This document shows, piece after piece, positions 36,645 to 46,694 of a DNA stretch of 64,000 nt. Numbering within the stretch: the stretch's first letter is position 1; each line of letters opens with the position of its first letter. A model generated the notes under the pieces. It saw nothing but the letters and a program-made list of their open reading frames with translations, was not told where the DNA came from and searched no databases. Both the position numbers and the translations under genes were made by a program. Origin of the DNA: Minisyncoccota bacterium (lineage in GTDB: Bacteria; Patescibacteriota; Minisyncoccia; Phycocordibacterales; Zambryskibacteraceae); NCBI GenBank assembly GCA_020059045.1, contig JAGVCW010000021.1:27821-91820 (forward strand), read 5' to 3'.

Positions 36645-37184
36645 CTAATTGCTTGTATTCTGCTTTCCTCCTTCGTTTGATTTCTCAACGAGGAGGGTAA
36701 GACCTTTAGGACTTTTCTGGGGAGGTTCAGCAATTTTATACTCTTCAGAAATGAGCTTAAGGATTCGCTCAAGTCGAGTGTTTAGAAAATTTCTATCTAG
36801 GTACTTCGCACGCCCGGGTAGGAATAGATCTATCTTAACTCTGTGACCTTCTCGGAGCCACTCTGATATCTTCTTAGCTTTGAGAGCAAGGTCATGTTCT
36901 CCAGTACCGAGCTTCACTTGGGCGCTCTTCACTTCCACACTATGACTCTTTGCTTTGCTTGCTTTAGCTTTTTTGTTTTCTAGATATTGGAATTTTCCAA
37001 AATCCATTATCTTTGCTACTGGAGGGGTAGCATTGGGAGAGATTTCTATTAGATCAAGTCCGTACTCCTTGGCTTTTACAAGGGCAGATGATAGTTCCAA
37101 TACACCTATATTTTCACCTTCTGGGCCTATTACTCGTACTTCTTTCGCTTTTATTTGATGATTAATTCGTGTTTGTGTACTCAA
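36645..37184 (-). CDS. infC: Translation initiation factor IF-3
   Basis: INHQIKAKEVRVIGPEGENIGVL...LDLIEISPNATPPVAKIMDFGKFQY. Confidence 0.9.
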   Translation of the reverse strand: MSTQTRINHQIKAKEVRVIGPEGENIGVLELSSALVKAKEYGLDLIEISPNATPPVAKIMDFGKFQYLENKKAKASKAKSHSVEVKSAQVKLGTGEHDLALKAKKISEWLREGHRVKIDLFLPGRAKYLDRNFLNTRLERILKLISEEYKIAEPPQKSPKGLTLLVEKSNEGGKQNTSN

Positions 37185-37243
37185 CAGGGTGTATGTTTAA
37201 TGTCGGTTAATACTAAATGATTATTCAATGCAGCTATAATATA

Positions 37244-37828
37244 CTAATTATTCTTTAATTCAAATGATCTCATAATGATGTCGAAATCGCGAACAATTTG
37301 ATCATTTGGGCCGAGGTAAGTGACACTCGACATAATAATATTCCCCTTGTGTGAGAAGACAATGGAGTTTCCCTCATATAGCCCAGACCACCTGTAGGCA
37401 TAACCGTCACGACTGCCAACTTTTGCTGTGAGTAGTATCCCGTCAGGTGATAATTTAAAGTTTGAGTTGCCATTGCCGCGTATCCAGCTCTCTCCAGTTT
37501 CGTTCTCTAAGTTTTGGAACACGTCGATAGTGATAGCGGTGGGCCCCTCACGTGCAGTTGTACTAGCCGTGCCTTCTCGTAGAGTCCGATTTTCTTCCGA
37601 ATCTTCTGTTAATACTAGTACAGTGTGCATTCGTTCAGAATTTCCTAAGTCCTTCTCTTCCAGAAAATAATTTTCGGGGTAATCAAATGAAAATCCAAAC
37701 AAAGATGAGTTGTACGTTTTAGTATTTACGTCTCCCGTGTTAGTCCCAAGGTTCTTTATTTGAAGTGTCCAAACAATAAGTCCAAGCACGACAATTATTA
37801 TCCCAGTTATTATAATTTTTTTAGTCAT
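37244..37828 (-). CDS. Membrane-anchored hypothetical protein
   Basis: N-terminal TM helix MTKKIIITGIIIVVLGLIVW followed by a soluble domain. Confidence 0.5.
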   Translation of the reverse strand: MTKKIIITGIIIVVLGLIVWTLQIKNLGTNTGDVNTKTYNSSLFGFSFDYPENYFLEEKDLGNSERMHTVLVLTEDSEENRTLREGTASTTAREGPTAITIDVFQNLENETGESWIRGNGNSNFKLSPDGILLTAKVGSRDGYAYRWSGLYEGNSIVFSHKGNIIMSSVTYLGPNDQIVRDFDIIMRSFELKNN

Positions 37829-37940
37829 ATAGGTATTATAGCAAAGAGGTGTTTTCTATGAGAAATATGCCTTATTTTTCAAAAAAAAAGACAAGAAACG
37901 TTAACCCACAGAAGAGAATCGGTTGTAATATAATTTATAT

Positions 37941-38204
37941 ATGGACGAATCATTCAAAAAGTTGCCGCCTGAAGATTGGGTTTCAGAAAAAACTCTTGCT
38001 CGAGAACTAAGACTTACCCCGGAAGTCATCAATCATGAGATAGGGTGGCAGATAGAGAAGATTTTAGAGGAAAGTAATGGAGAGGGGATAGAGTGGATAA
38101 ATAACCAGGAACGCTATTGGTCACCTGAAGCTGCCGAAAAAGTGAAAGCAGGTATTATTGTCCGCGTGCAGGCAATAAGTGCAACAGTAAACAAAAAACA
38201 CTAA
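37941..38204 (+). CDS. Hypothetical small protein
   Basis: 87 aa ORF. Confidence 0.35.
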   Translation: MDESFKKLPPEDWVSEKTLARELRLTPEVINHEIGWQIEKILEESNGEGIEWINNQERYWSPEAAEKVKAGIIVRVQAISATVNKKH

Positions 38205-38239
38205 GTAAAACTAGTAGGGTATAAGTTTTCTAGCTAAAT

Positions 38240-38653
38240 TTAAAGCATAGAAACTATTATAATCCCAGAGATCATGAGAGTAACGATAGAGTAGAGTGCG
38301 TTTATCATAAAGAGTTTCATTGATTTCATGTCCCAGAGAACTGAACCGATGTGTATTGGTACCTGGAAGCCAAGCCATGCCCATAATGCAAGACTTAGTG
38401 CTCCCGCAATAGATGTCACTTCTTGGATAGCGATAAAGTGAGCAAGTATATAAGTAGAAATAAGTGCGAATATAAACATAAAGATGTAAGACTTCGCTAC
38501 ACCTTTAGTCTTCGCACCCGCCATCATCTCGTCTGTAATGCCAGATTCTCTTTGCCAAATTTTGCCAAACAGCGGTCCATACCAGAGGCCACCCACAATC
38601 ATGGAAGCTATTCCTCCCATAAGTACTGCCCAATAATTTATTGCAATTTCCAT
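38240..38653 (-). CDS. DUF1761-like small membrane protein
   Basis: MEIAINYWAVLMGGIASMIVGGLWYGPLFGK pattern. 4 TM helices. Confidence 0.5.
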   Translation of the reverse strand: MEIAINYWAVLMGGIASMIVGGLWYGPLFGKIWQRESGITDEMMAGAKTKGVAKSYIFMFIFALISTYILAHFIAIQEVTSIAGALSLALWAWLGFQVPIHIGSVLWDMKSMKLFMINALYSIVTLMISGIIIVSML

Positions 38654-38764
38654 AATAAATATTATTACTTTTTAATGTGTGTATTCTACCACTCTAAATG
38701 TTTTGGGGTATAACAAAAAACCGACCACGACTGATAGAAGTGGGAGGCTTTTTGTAAGGAGTAA

Positions 38765-39019
38765 TTATTCTTCTTCTGTAAACGATCCATCAAGTAGATC
38801 CTGGACATTCTTCAAAGCATCTGCACATGTATCCCTTCCTGCTTCAGTTGTCATATCACTACATGCTGGCCCCACTTTGGCTCGAAGGTCTGCAAGCTCA
38901 GTATTGAAGTCAGATACACTATCTGGCTTATTCAACTCCATAATGTAGAGAGCACCTACAATCACTAGCGCAATTGCTAGAACGTAGATCCATATGGTTT
39001 TTGTATCTTGTTGTGCCAT
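38765..39019 (-). CDS. Small membrane-anchored protein
   Basis: 84 aa. TM helix followed by an acidic tail. Confidence 0.4.
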   Translation of the reverse strand: MAQQDTKTIWIYVLAIALVIVGALYIMELNKPDSVSDFNTELADLRAKVGPACSDMTTEAGRDTCADALKNVQDLLDGSFTEEE

Positions 39020-39239
39020 ATTTGTTAGTTAATGTTATTACGACCTCATGGTTATTACTACACTATGGTGGTGAAGGCTTCATGAAGAGAGTACTACAAA
39101 AATAACAATTCTTCTCATATACAAAACTGCGAGTTTTGTCCGTTAGATTGATAAAGGTGGCAATAAAAACAAGTTTGTTATAGACTCGCTATGCAAGGCC
39201 TCGATCTTGCATAGAGCTCTTTAACCACAGGAATGGGCC

Positions 39240-39992
39240 ATGACCTCGGACAAGGCCGGAAGTTCGCGAACACGCAATCAGCTGGACTACGCTTTGGGCA
39301 AGAAGAGAATAAGCCTTAGAGGGCTTAAACCGAAAGAATTTGATGATTTTCTGGAAGCGGAACTATCGAAGATCAATCTTCGGGAGCTTCAAGGGTTTGA
39401 GCCTCTTGAGGAGTTGATTTCTCGAAGGCCGGGTAGTGTAATTTATGGTTCTCATGTTAGGCAGGATCCTTCAGAGACAGTAAGTGTAGCACCGGCAACT
39501 AAGTTCGAAGTAGCTAGTTCCGTTCCTCCACCGTTCAACTTGAAAACCCATGTAGTATGGGTTTCACAAGGAGTACTTAGTCAACTGGTTACCTGGCGCA
39601 GGTTTGAATCTCAGGAGGAGACTACTGATTGGAAGGTGGCTGACAACTGGAAAGGAGGTAGATATATTCAGAAAATGGAAGAGGAGATCCTTGTGCTTCG
39701 TTGTCCTGCAGATCACAGTGGGGCAGATGAAAACATTTTTATTGTCTGGTACGTTGCGGAGAAAGTTCCGCATGAGGATGAGATGGTTGTTAAAGTAGTA
39801 AGAGTGAAACTAGTGCCAATATCAAAGTTCCGAAAACAGTTCGGGAAAAAGTACCCATCTGTTGCTATAGAACTCATCTCAAGGATTGCGATGTTGTCTA
39901 GTATTACACTTGATGCACTTAAGAACAACGTTACTGTTTTTCAAAGGAGTGTGGTTGATATTCAAAGACTTTCTGATGCGCTCCTTCCGTAA
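39240..39992 (+). CDS. Hypothetical protein
   Basis: 250 aa ORF. Start uncertain. Confidence 0.4.
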   Translation: MTSDKAGSSRTRNQLDYALGKKRISLRGLKPKEFDDFLEAELSKINLRELQGFEPLEELISRRPGSVIYGSHVRQDPSETVSVAPATKFEVASSVPPPFNLKTHVVWVSQGVLSQLVTWRRFESQEETTDWKVADNWKGGRYIQKMEEEILVLRCPADHSGADENIFIVWYVAEKVPHEDEMVVKVVRVKLVPISKFRKQFGKKYPSVAIELISRIAMLSSITLDALKNNVTVFQRSVVDIQRLSDALLP

Positions 39993-40180
39993 AGCATGAG
40001 CATCGCTTACCTTTAAAAGGTGAGCTTTTTATTTGTCATATCTAATTTACTCTATTATTTTATTAACAATCATAATTCCTGCCAATCGGAGGCAATTATA
40101 ATGAGATAAATTTTCGTATCAAGGAAAATTTTGATCTTGTGTAAATGAAAAATCACACCAAGTTTTGTGTGATTATATGA

Positions 40181-40435
40181 TCAGTGTGGTCGGAAGTGGG
40201 AAATGTATAGAACACTACGATCCTTGAGTGCTTGGAGCTCTTTTTTCGTAAGTTTTCTTACAGTACCAGCACCAATTGCTGGGGTATGGCGTTGACCCTT
40301 TGACCTTTCTTCGCAATAAATGCCACTCACATTTCTATGTCGACGCAGTTTTCCATCTGCTCGTAATAGAATCATCCGCCAGCATTTTCGACATTCTCCG
40401 GCGTATGTAGACTGTGGTTTCTTTTTCTTCCCCAC
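40181..40435 (-). CDS. Small basic Cys-containing protein
   Basis: 84 aa. CRKC...C motif. Confidence 0.35.
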   Translation of the reverse strand: MGKKKKPQSTYAGECRKCWRMILLRADGKLRRHRNVSGIYCEERSKGQRHTPAIGAGTVRKLTKKELQALKDRSVLYISHFRPH

Positions 40436-40696
40436 GTGGGTCTCCTTGTACAGTAAATTTCTGTACGAAGCTTAGTACATAGAATAAAAAAACACAACTT
40501 CAGTAAGTAAAACATAAAAAACAAAAGCGCCCGAAGGCGGTTAGATTTATTTGTGGCGCCACAGAGTACTGCGGCATCCTACAAAAATATAGTCACTATG
40601 TTTCTTTTTTTGTGGACTTAGTAAGCCGAAATTGGAACCAGCTCCACATGTATGGGCTTTCGAGGCGTCTGAGGCGATTTTAGGGAAGCAATGGCC

Positions 40697-41155
40697 TTAT
40701 AACCGTATCTGATACATTAGCATATTGTCTTCATCTGTATATACATATGAAAAACCAGCTTTTTCTAGAAGTTTTTTAGATATTTCGTTTTCCTTTTCAA
40801 TTCCGGCTTCCACAACTTTTACTTGTTTTACTTCGGGAAGTTTTAGGCCTTCTGTTAAGAGCTCATAACCGAAACCCTTACCTCTCAATTCTGGTGCGAT
40901 AAAGAACGCGACGTATCCTATTTCAGGAGTGTCTATTTCAAAGTCTAGAAAACCAATTGGGTTCTCATCGTTTGAGACTATGAATAAATATCTCTTTTTA
41001 AAATCTATAAGATGTTTATAATCGTCCGTAGATCTATAGGTGGGTAAAAATCTCATCCCAATAGAATCATTTTCAAACCACTTCTTGATGAGTTCTCGGT
41101 CTTTTTCCTTAAATTTTCTGAAATTGATCATGTCTCTATCATAGAGCAAAAGCAC
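40697..41155 (-). CDS. GNAT family N-acetyltransferase
   Basis: IGYVAFFIAPELRGKGFGYELL (acetyl-CoA binding motif A). Confidence 0.7.
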   Translation of the reverse strand: MLLLYDRDMINFRKFKEKDRELIKKWFENDSIGMRFLPTYRSTDDYKHLIDFKKRYLFIVSNDENPIGFLDFEIDTPEIGYVAFFIAPELRGKGFGYELLTEGLKLPEVKQVKVVEAGIEKENEISKKLLEKAGFSYVYTDEDNMLMYQIRL

Positions 41156-41243
41156 CCTGAGGGTGTTTTTGCTATTTCGCTCCCAGGTGGTTTACCACGA
41201 GCGAGCCTTCGACCTGGCTCAGGCCAGGGCGAAGCGAGTCGAG

Positions 41244-41678
41244 TGGAGATGGGCGGAATCGAACCGCCGTGCAATAGAAGAGATGAAAGATTTCTACAAG
41301 AGGTAGTTTGTTTCAATCTGCCTGTTGGCAGATATTTAGACTCTGTAAGTATGGAACAAACAAAATCTTACAAAGTCGAGCTTCTACATTTCGGAAACAA
41401 GCAAAGCAATTTGTTTCCAGAGTCTCAAGTTATTACGCGAGCAACTTGTTATGAGACATCACAAGTGCTAACGTCGCTTAGGCCGACCCAGACACCGAAG
41501 TGTCGGGTTAAGAGGCGTAAACGAAAGCGAAATCCTTAGCTCCAAAATATGGAGAAACTAGAGACCCAGCTTTTGCGACAATGCTGTTTGCAATTATCGG
41601 TTGTGGCGGATTTAAGAGTCACCACAGCTCTCCCTTGCATCTATCAAATGAATTCTACTGTCTAGGCCGATCATCCCC
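41244..41678 (-). ncRNA. ssrA: tmRNA (transfer-messenger RNA)
   Basis: Minus strand. The 3' end reads GGCGGUUCGAUUCCGCC-CAUCUCC-A (T-arm plus acceptor strand). The 5' end GGGGAUG pairs with it and includes a G3:U wobble, the AlaRS identity element. An internal frame AUAAUU-GCA-AAC... resembles the E. coli resume-codon context and encodes ANSIVAKAGSLVSPYFGAKDFAFVYAS*. The smpB gene lies 350 bp upstream on the same strand. Confidence 0.65.
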
Positions 41679-41746
41679 TAAATCATCTTGACTACAAGAT
41701 GATCGGGCGAACAATTTGCGGAGCAAAATTGTTTTAGCCCCACAAA

Positions 41747-42019
41747 CTAATTGTTACGCCCTATTTTGTCTAAATATTTCTTTAGTATTTTCTTTTTTTC
41801 TCTTGCTGACCACAATGTCTTAAGAAAACGCTCCCTTTGGAATGCATCTGACTTGTCTAAGTATTTTTCTTGGTGAATAACAACAAGAGGTCTGCGCGAT
41901 CTAGTAGAAAGTACTTTTCCACTATTGTGCGCTTGAATTCTTTTTTGTATATTCTTCGTGCATCCAACATAGAGCCCACTGTCTTTGGTACTAAGCAATA
42001 TGTATACAAAATAGTGCAT
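41747..42019 (-). CDS. GIY-YIG domain protein (UPF0213-like)
   Basis: HYFVYILLSTKDSGLYVGCTKNIQKRIQAHNSG. Confidence 0.75.
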   Translation of the reverse strand: MHYFVYILLSTKDSGLYVGCTKNIQKRIQAHNSGKVLSTRSRRPLVVIHQEKYLDKSDAFQRERFLKTLWSAREKKKILKKYLDKIGRNN

Positions 42020-42023
42020 AAGC

Positions 42024-42467
42024 CTATTTATATTTCAAAGTTCTTCTCATCTCTCTCTCGGTCTCTCTTTTCTTTATACTCTGACGTTTGTCCCGTGTTT
42101 TCTTACCACGGGCTATGCCGATTGCTACCTTGATTTTTCTTCCTTTATTATACACCGAAAGTGGTACTACTGTCAAACCTCTTTGCCTCTCAGAATCCAT
42201 AATAGTTTTAATCTCAGCTTTGGTTAGCAGGAGCTTGCGGTTTCTTCTCGAATCATAACCTTTTGGGGTGTTCGCAGCCTGATAGGGAGGAATATCTGAG
42301 CCCACGAGGAATGCTTCATTACCTCGTGCGATTACGTGCGATCCGTCGAGTGACCCACGTTTCATGCGCAAAGCTTTAACTTCAAATCCAAGCAGCTCTA
42401 TACCCGCCTCGATTTTCTCGAGTATTTCGTAGTTAAACCCTACCTTTTTGTTCTCAACTAGTGACAT
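42024..42467 (-). CDS. smpB: SsrA-binding protein SmpB
   Basis: RKLLLTKAEI...GLTVVPLSVYNKGRKIKVAIGIARGKKTRDKRQSIKKRETEREM. Confidence 0.85.
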   Translation of the reverse strand: MSLVENKKVGFNYEILEKIEAGIELLGFEVKALRMKRGSLDGSHVIARGNEAFLVGSDIPPYQAANTPKGYDSRRNRKLLLTKAEIKTIMDSERQRGLTVVPLSVYNKGRKIKVAIGIARGKKTRDKRQSIKKRETEREMRRTLKYK

Positions 42468-42546
42468 ATGTGAATAATATCAGATTTATTCTACTCTATT
42501 GGTCTAACACTCTAAGCTCCACACTTTGCGCTCTGTGTCATTTTAA

Positions 42547-42873
42547 TTGACACTTCATCATAAATACAATATTGTTTGGGTAGAACTCACAACAGGAGAC
42601 GAGTATAAGATGTTACGTCGTCAGTGTCATGCCGCACCAAAGAGAAGTATGGTGCCGCTCTGTCGGAAGGAAACAGTTGAGCAGACACAGATCCAAATTG
42701 GTGAGTTATGGGCAGAACCTCATGAAAAAGATTTGGTTGATTGTCCCGAGTGTGTAGCACTTATCGATAAGTATCTTCTGGGGCAAAAGGAGATACGTAT
42801 GAGAAAAGAAGTTAATACAAAGAATGATCGCAGGTCCAAGTACTTGCTCAACGATCTTTCAAACGTAGCGTGA
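42547..42873 (+). CDS. Hypothetical small protein
   Basis: 108 aa ORF. Confidence 0.35.
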   Translation: MTLHHKYNIVWVELTTGDEYKMLRRQCHAAPKRSMVPLCRKETVEQTQIQIGELWAEPHEKDLVDCPECVALIDKYLLGQKEIRMRKEVNTKNDRRSKYLLNDLSNVA

Positions 42874-42939
42874 TCCCGGGGAATCGGGGTCATTTTTTAT
42901 TTATAATTTTCATAGCAAAATAAGTATATTTGTGTATAA

Positions 42940-44892
42940 TTGCTCTCTAATATTAGCCATATGGCAACACAGAATCCTAAAAACAAAAAGCAGTTCAAGG
43001 TGGTAATGAAGAAGGACTGGAAGAGCCCGGGAAGCAGTTCTATGTGGAAGAACTTTCTGTCAGTCGTTCTCATTTTTTTAATTATTTCTACAATTTATTC
43101 AGCGTTAACTGAAGGCAGTCAAGAGGCACTTCAGATTCCCATTTCAGAATTAGCTCGCGATGTGAACCAAGAGCTTGTTCTAAAAGTAGTGGTTGAAGGT
43201 GATGAGGTGAAAGCAGAATACAAGTCAGGAGAGATAAAGGATACTAAGAAGGAAGAGGGTATCGCACTCACTGAGACACTCGTAAGATATGGTGTAACGC
43301 CAGAGAAGCTTCTGGGTCTCAATATTGAAATAGTAAAGGAGAGTGGTTTCATGTTTTGGCTTTTGAATCTTTTGCCGATAATTCTGCCAATTCTCTTCAT
43401 TGTTTTTTTCATTTGGTATTTATCTCGCCAGGTCAAGGGTGCTGGGATGCAAGCATTTACATTCGGCCAATCCAAGGCTCGTCTCATACCGCCAAACGAC
43501 AAGAAACAGAAAGTAACTTTCAAGGATGTTGCCGGGGTCAAGGAAGCAAAGCAAGAGCTCACCGAGATCGTAGATTTTCTTCGAAATCCTAAAAAGTTTT
43601 TAGACATTGGAGCACAGATTCCAAAAGGAGTACTGCTCATGGGTGCCCCAGGAACAGGTAAAACTTTGCTTGCTCGAGCTGTAGCGGGAGAAGCAAACGT
43701 GGCTTTCTTTTCTATATCTGGTTCTGAGTTCGTAGAAATGTTTGTAGGAGTTGGAGCTTCGCGTGTACGTGACCTTTTTCAGCTTGCCAAGCGTGCAGCA
43801 CCCGCGATTATTTTCGTTGATGAGATAGATGCTGTAGGACGAGTGCGAGGAGTGGGTGCGGGTGGTGGTAATGATGAAAGGGAACAGACTTTGAACCAGA
43901 TTCTAGTTGAGATGGACGGTTTCGAGCCAAATGAGAAAGTTATTGTGATGGCAGCGACCAATAGACCGGACGTTCTAGACCCTGCACTCCTGCGTCCTGG
44001 CCGATTCGACAGGCGCGTTGTTATAGATCTGCCAGACCGAGCAGAAAGAGAAGAGATTCTCCATATTCACTCACGGCAAAAACCTTTTGGTGAAGACGTA
44101 AAATTGAATGTAATAGCTGAGAGAACACCAGGATTTTCTGGTGCAGACCTCTATTCACTTATGAATGAGGGTGCGATACTTGCTGCACGTGAAGATAGAA
44201 CGAAGATTTCTCAGTTTGATCTGATTCGCTCTATTGAGAAGGTGATCCTTGGCCCGGAGCGAAAGAGCCATATCTTGTCTCTCAAAGAGAAAGAGATCAC
44301 CGCGTATCACGAAGCCGGTCATGCACTTGTCTCATCAGTTCTTGATTATGCCGACCCAGTGCACAAAATTTCAATAATTTCTCGTGGCAGAGCTGCTGGC
44401 TACACTCTCAACTTGCCAATAGAAGATCGCAAGCTTCAGTCTAAGAAAGAGTTTCTAGATGATATAGCTATGGCTCTCGGTGGCTATGTTGCTGAGCGTA
44501 CTGTCTTTGGTGATCTTACTACTGGTCCATCCAATGATCTCCAGGTTTCCACGGGCCTTGCACGTGATATGGTGACCAAGTATGGAATGTCTGAAAAGAT
44601 TGGCCCCATAGCTCTAGAGGAGCCAACAGGCAGGGTGCTCTTTGGTAAAGGTCTTGAAGATAGGGAATACTCCGAGAAGGTAGGTGCAGAGATTGACGGA
44701 GAAGTCTCAAAAATTATGAAGGAAGCCCTAGAGCGCGCAGAGAAGGTGATTGGTGAGTACAGAAAAGCACTCGATGCTATTGCCAAGCGACTGATAGAAG
44801 TAGAAACTATAGAGAGGGACGAGTTCGAGCTTATTTTAATCGCTCATGGCATTACTCCCAAGAAGAAAAAAGATATAGAACATCAAGTTTAA
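42940..44892 (+). CDS. ftsH: ATP-dependent zinc metalloprotease FtsH
   Basis: Two N-terminal TM helices. [18 protein letters not shown] Walker A. SRH motif. HEAGHAL zinc-binding site. Confidence 0.95.
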   Translation: MLSNISHMATQNPKNKKQFKVVMKKDWKSPGSSSMWKNFLSVVLIFLIISTIYSALTEGSQEALQIPISELARDVNQELVLKVVVEGDEVKAEYKSGEIKDTKKEEGIALTETLVRYGVTPEKLLGLNIEIVKESGFMFWLLNLLPIILPILFIVFFIWYLSRQVKGAGMQAFTFGQSKARLIPPNDKKQKVTFKDVAGVKEAKQELTEIVDFLRNPKKFLDIGAQIPKGVLLMGAPGTGKTLLARAVAGEANVAFFSISGSEFVEMFVGVGASRVRDLFQLAKRAAPAIIFVDEIDAVGRVRGVGAGGGNDEREQTLNQILVEMDGFEPNEKVIVMAATNRPDVLDPALLRPGRFDRRVVIDLPDRAEREEILHIHSRQKPFGEDVKLNVIAERTPGFSGADLYSLMNEGAILAAREDRTKISQFDLIRSIEKVILGPERKSHILSLKEKEITAYHEAGHALVSSVLDYADPVHKISIISRGRAAGYTLNLPIEDRKLQSKKEFLDDIAMALGGYVAERTVFGDLTTGPSNDLQVSTGLARDMVTKYGMSEKIGPIALEEPTGRVLFGKGLEDREYSEKVGAEIDGEVSKIMKEALERAEKVIGEYRKALDAIAKRLIEVETIERDEFELILIAHGITPKKKKDIEHQV

Positions 44893-44898
44893 ATTTTT

Positions 44899-45756
44899 AT
44901 GAGATCATTTGAAGCGGAAAGCTTACATAATGCAGATATAGATAGGTTTTACCAGAAAGCTACAGAAAGGTTAGCAGCGGGAGGTTTTAAAGAAGAAGAA
45001 TTTATCGATCCGTATGGGGAGCAAACAGTGGGGGCAGACTTAATTGAAGTTAAGAAAAGAGAAGCGGTACATAATCGCACAAGAGACGAACAGACAGAAG
45101 AGCAGAAAAAAGTCGCAGATATATTTGAAGCAATTGTACTTGAGGTTGGAGAACTCAACGAATGGTGGGGCAGCAATGCCTTCATTTTGCAAACCTCTAA
45201 GTATGATGATTATGTTAATGGAGTTGATGCGGTAATTGAATTTAGAGTTGAAGATCCTAAATCTGCCTCGTACTTAGGTCTTGCAACTGACGTCACGTTT
45301 TCTGGAGATACAGGAGACAAATTTTTAAGAATTTTCAGCCAGATTGACAGTGGAAATCTTACAAAAGTTAAATATTTCCACTCTAAGCATATGGGCATAC
45401 ACGGGCCGCTAAGTGACTTGCCCAAGGTGATAATTGGTGCGCATAGAGAAACTGTTCTTGAGGTTGCAGAAAAATGGATTGCAGGGAAATACAATGCTCT
45501 AGCAAGACACAAACTCCAAATAATGATTCTTCTGCAAACAGTTGAGCAGCTAAGAGTATTTCGAAATTATGCAAAAAAAATAGGCAAAGAAGATCTTGTA
45601 CGGATTTATTCAGAACGAATTACTGTAGTGGAGAGAATTCTGGAAGAAAAGAAAGATATTTATAATCAAGTAAAAAGTGATTTAAATGATGATAATGTTC
45701 ATTACTCAATTATGGATTTCCTGAAAAGGAAACAAAGGGAGATAGACCAAATGTAA
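44899..45756 (+). CDS. Hypothetical protein
   Basis: 285 aa ORF directly after ftsH. Confidence 0.45.
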   Translation: MRSFEAESLHNADIDRFYQKATERLAAGGFKEEEFIDPYGEQTVGADLIEVKKREAVHNRTRDEQTEEQKKVADIFEAIVLEVGELNEWWGSNAFILQTSKYDDYVNGVDAVIEFRVEDPKSASYLGLATDVTFSGDTGDKFLRIFSQIDSGNLTKVKYFHSKHMGIHGPLSDLPKVIIGAHRETVLEVAEKWIAGKYNALARHKLQIMILLQTVEQLRVFRNYAKKIGKEDLVRIYSERITVVERILEEKKDIYNQVKSDLNDDNVHYSIMDFLKRKQREIDQM

Positions 45757-46174
45757 TAATTTTGGCAGCTTGGGCTAGGTGCTTGTCATTCGCATCAATG
45801 TTGCTATTCTGTACTTAGAATCGAGCCCTCGAGGTGCAAATGGACGTAACTCTCTTGCTCGAGTATTGGAAGCTTATGGAAAGAGAGAAAGAGCTTGCCG
45901 ATATGGGGCAAGCAGAGTCAAAAATAAATGTTCGTAAAGAGCAAATACAAAAAGCTCTTGTGTCTACTCATGAAGAGATTGTAGAGAAAATTGAAGAACT
46001 GCATGTATCCTAGCTACGTACTCGCACAACCCAAGGTGTGAGTTTTTGTTTCAATTTTTATACATCTTAACCCACCCCGCATAATTTATTACCCTATTCG
46101 TACGAATAAGACCAGTAGATTTTGTTTTATATATAGAAGGAATTAGCAAGGAATCATTGCTTTAATTTTCCGTT

Positions 46175-46693
46175 TTAGTGTTCACTACTTTCAAGTAATG
46201 AAGACTCTCTATCTTGAATTCTTATAAACGGAGTGAATATGACACCTGCTAGGAGTATACCGAGAGAGTTGCTTATAAGATCAAGCCAAGTGTCGTTTAT
46301 TGTTGTCGCCATTACGAGATTAGTATAGTTTTGAAGGAAAAATTCGAAAATCTCGTTTCCTACTCCGAGTGCAGTTACGACAAGTGCAGTAAATACTAAA
46401 AATTGGAATCTACTTACTTTTGCTCCTGAATCTTTTACAGCAAGAAAGCAAATGAGAAATGCGGCGAATCCTCCTGCAAAGCCATGCTGAATCCTGTTGG
46501 CTATTTCGCGATCCGGAGTTAGATACACGATTGCGAAAGCTACAACACAGAACAAAACTATAATTCCAAGTGATCGAGAAGTGTTGCCATCTCTCATGTT
46601 CATTTCGTTATCGTTTGCAAAAAACTTAGAGAAGAGATATCTAAGAGGGAAGTAGGCAATACAGTATGTAATTGTAGTTAAAATTGAAAACAT
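46175..46693 (-). CDS. VanZ-like membrane protein
   Basis: Start MFSILTT at 46693. GNEIFEFFL motif. 4-5 TM helices. Confidence 0.5.
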   Translation of the reverse strand: MFSILTTITYCIAYFPLRYLFSKFFANDNEMNMRDGNTSRSLGIIVLFCVVAFAIVYLTPDREIANRIQHGFAGGFAAFLICFLAVKDSGAKVSRFQFLVFTALVVTALGVGNEIFEFFLQNYTNLVMATTINDTWLDLISNSLGILLAGVIFTPFIRIQDRESSLLESSEH

Positions 46694-46694
46694 A

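Noticed and set aside
41243-41539. 98-aa plus-strand ORF
   Set aside because: It overlaps the tmRNA gene on the opposite strand. Its sequence is Arg/Lys-rich low complexity at the end.
36550-46110. 15-mer TCTTATTAGTACGAA (36548) and its near reverse complement TTCGTACGAATAAGA (46097)
   Set aside because: Only two copies and no associated structure or genes. Too little evidence to call it a repeat family.
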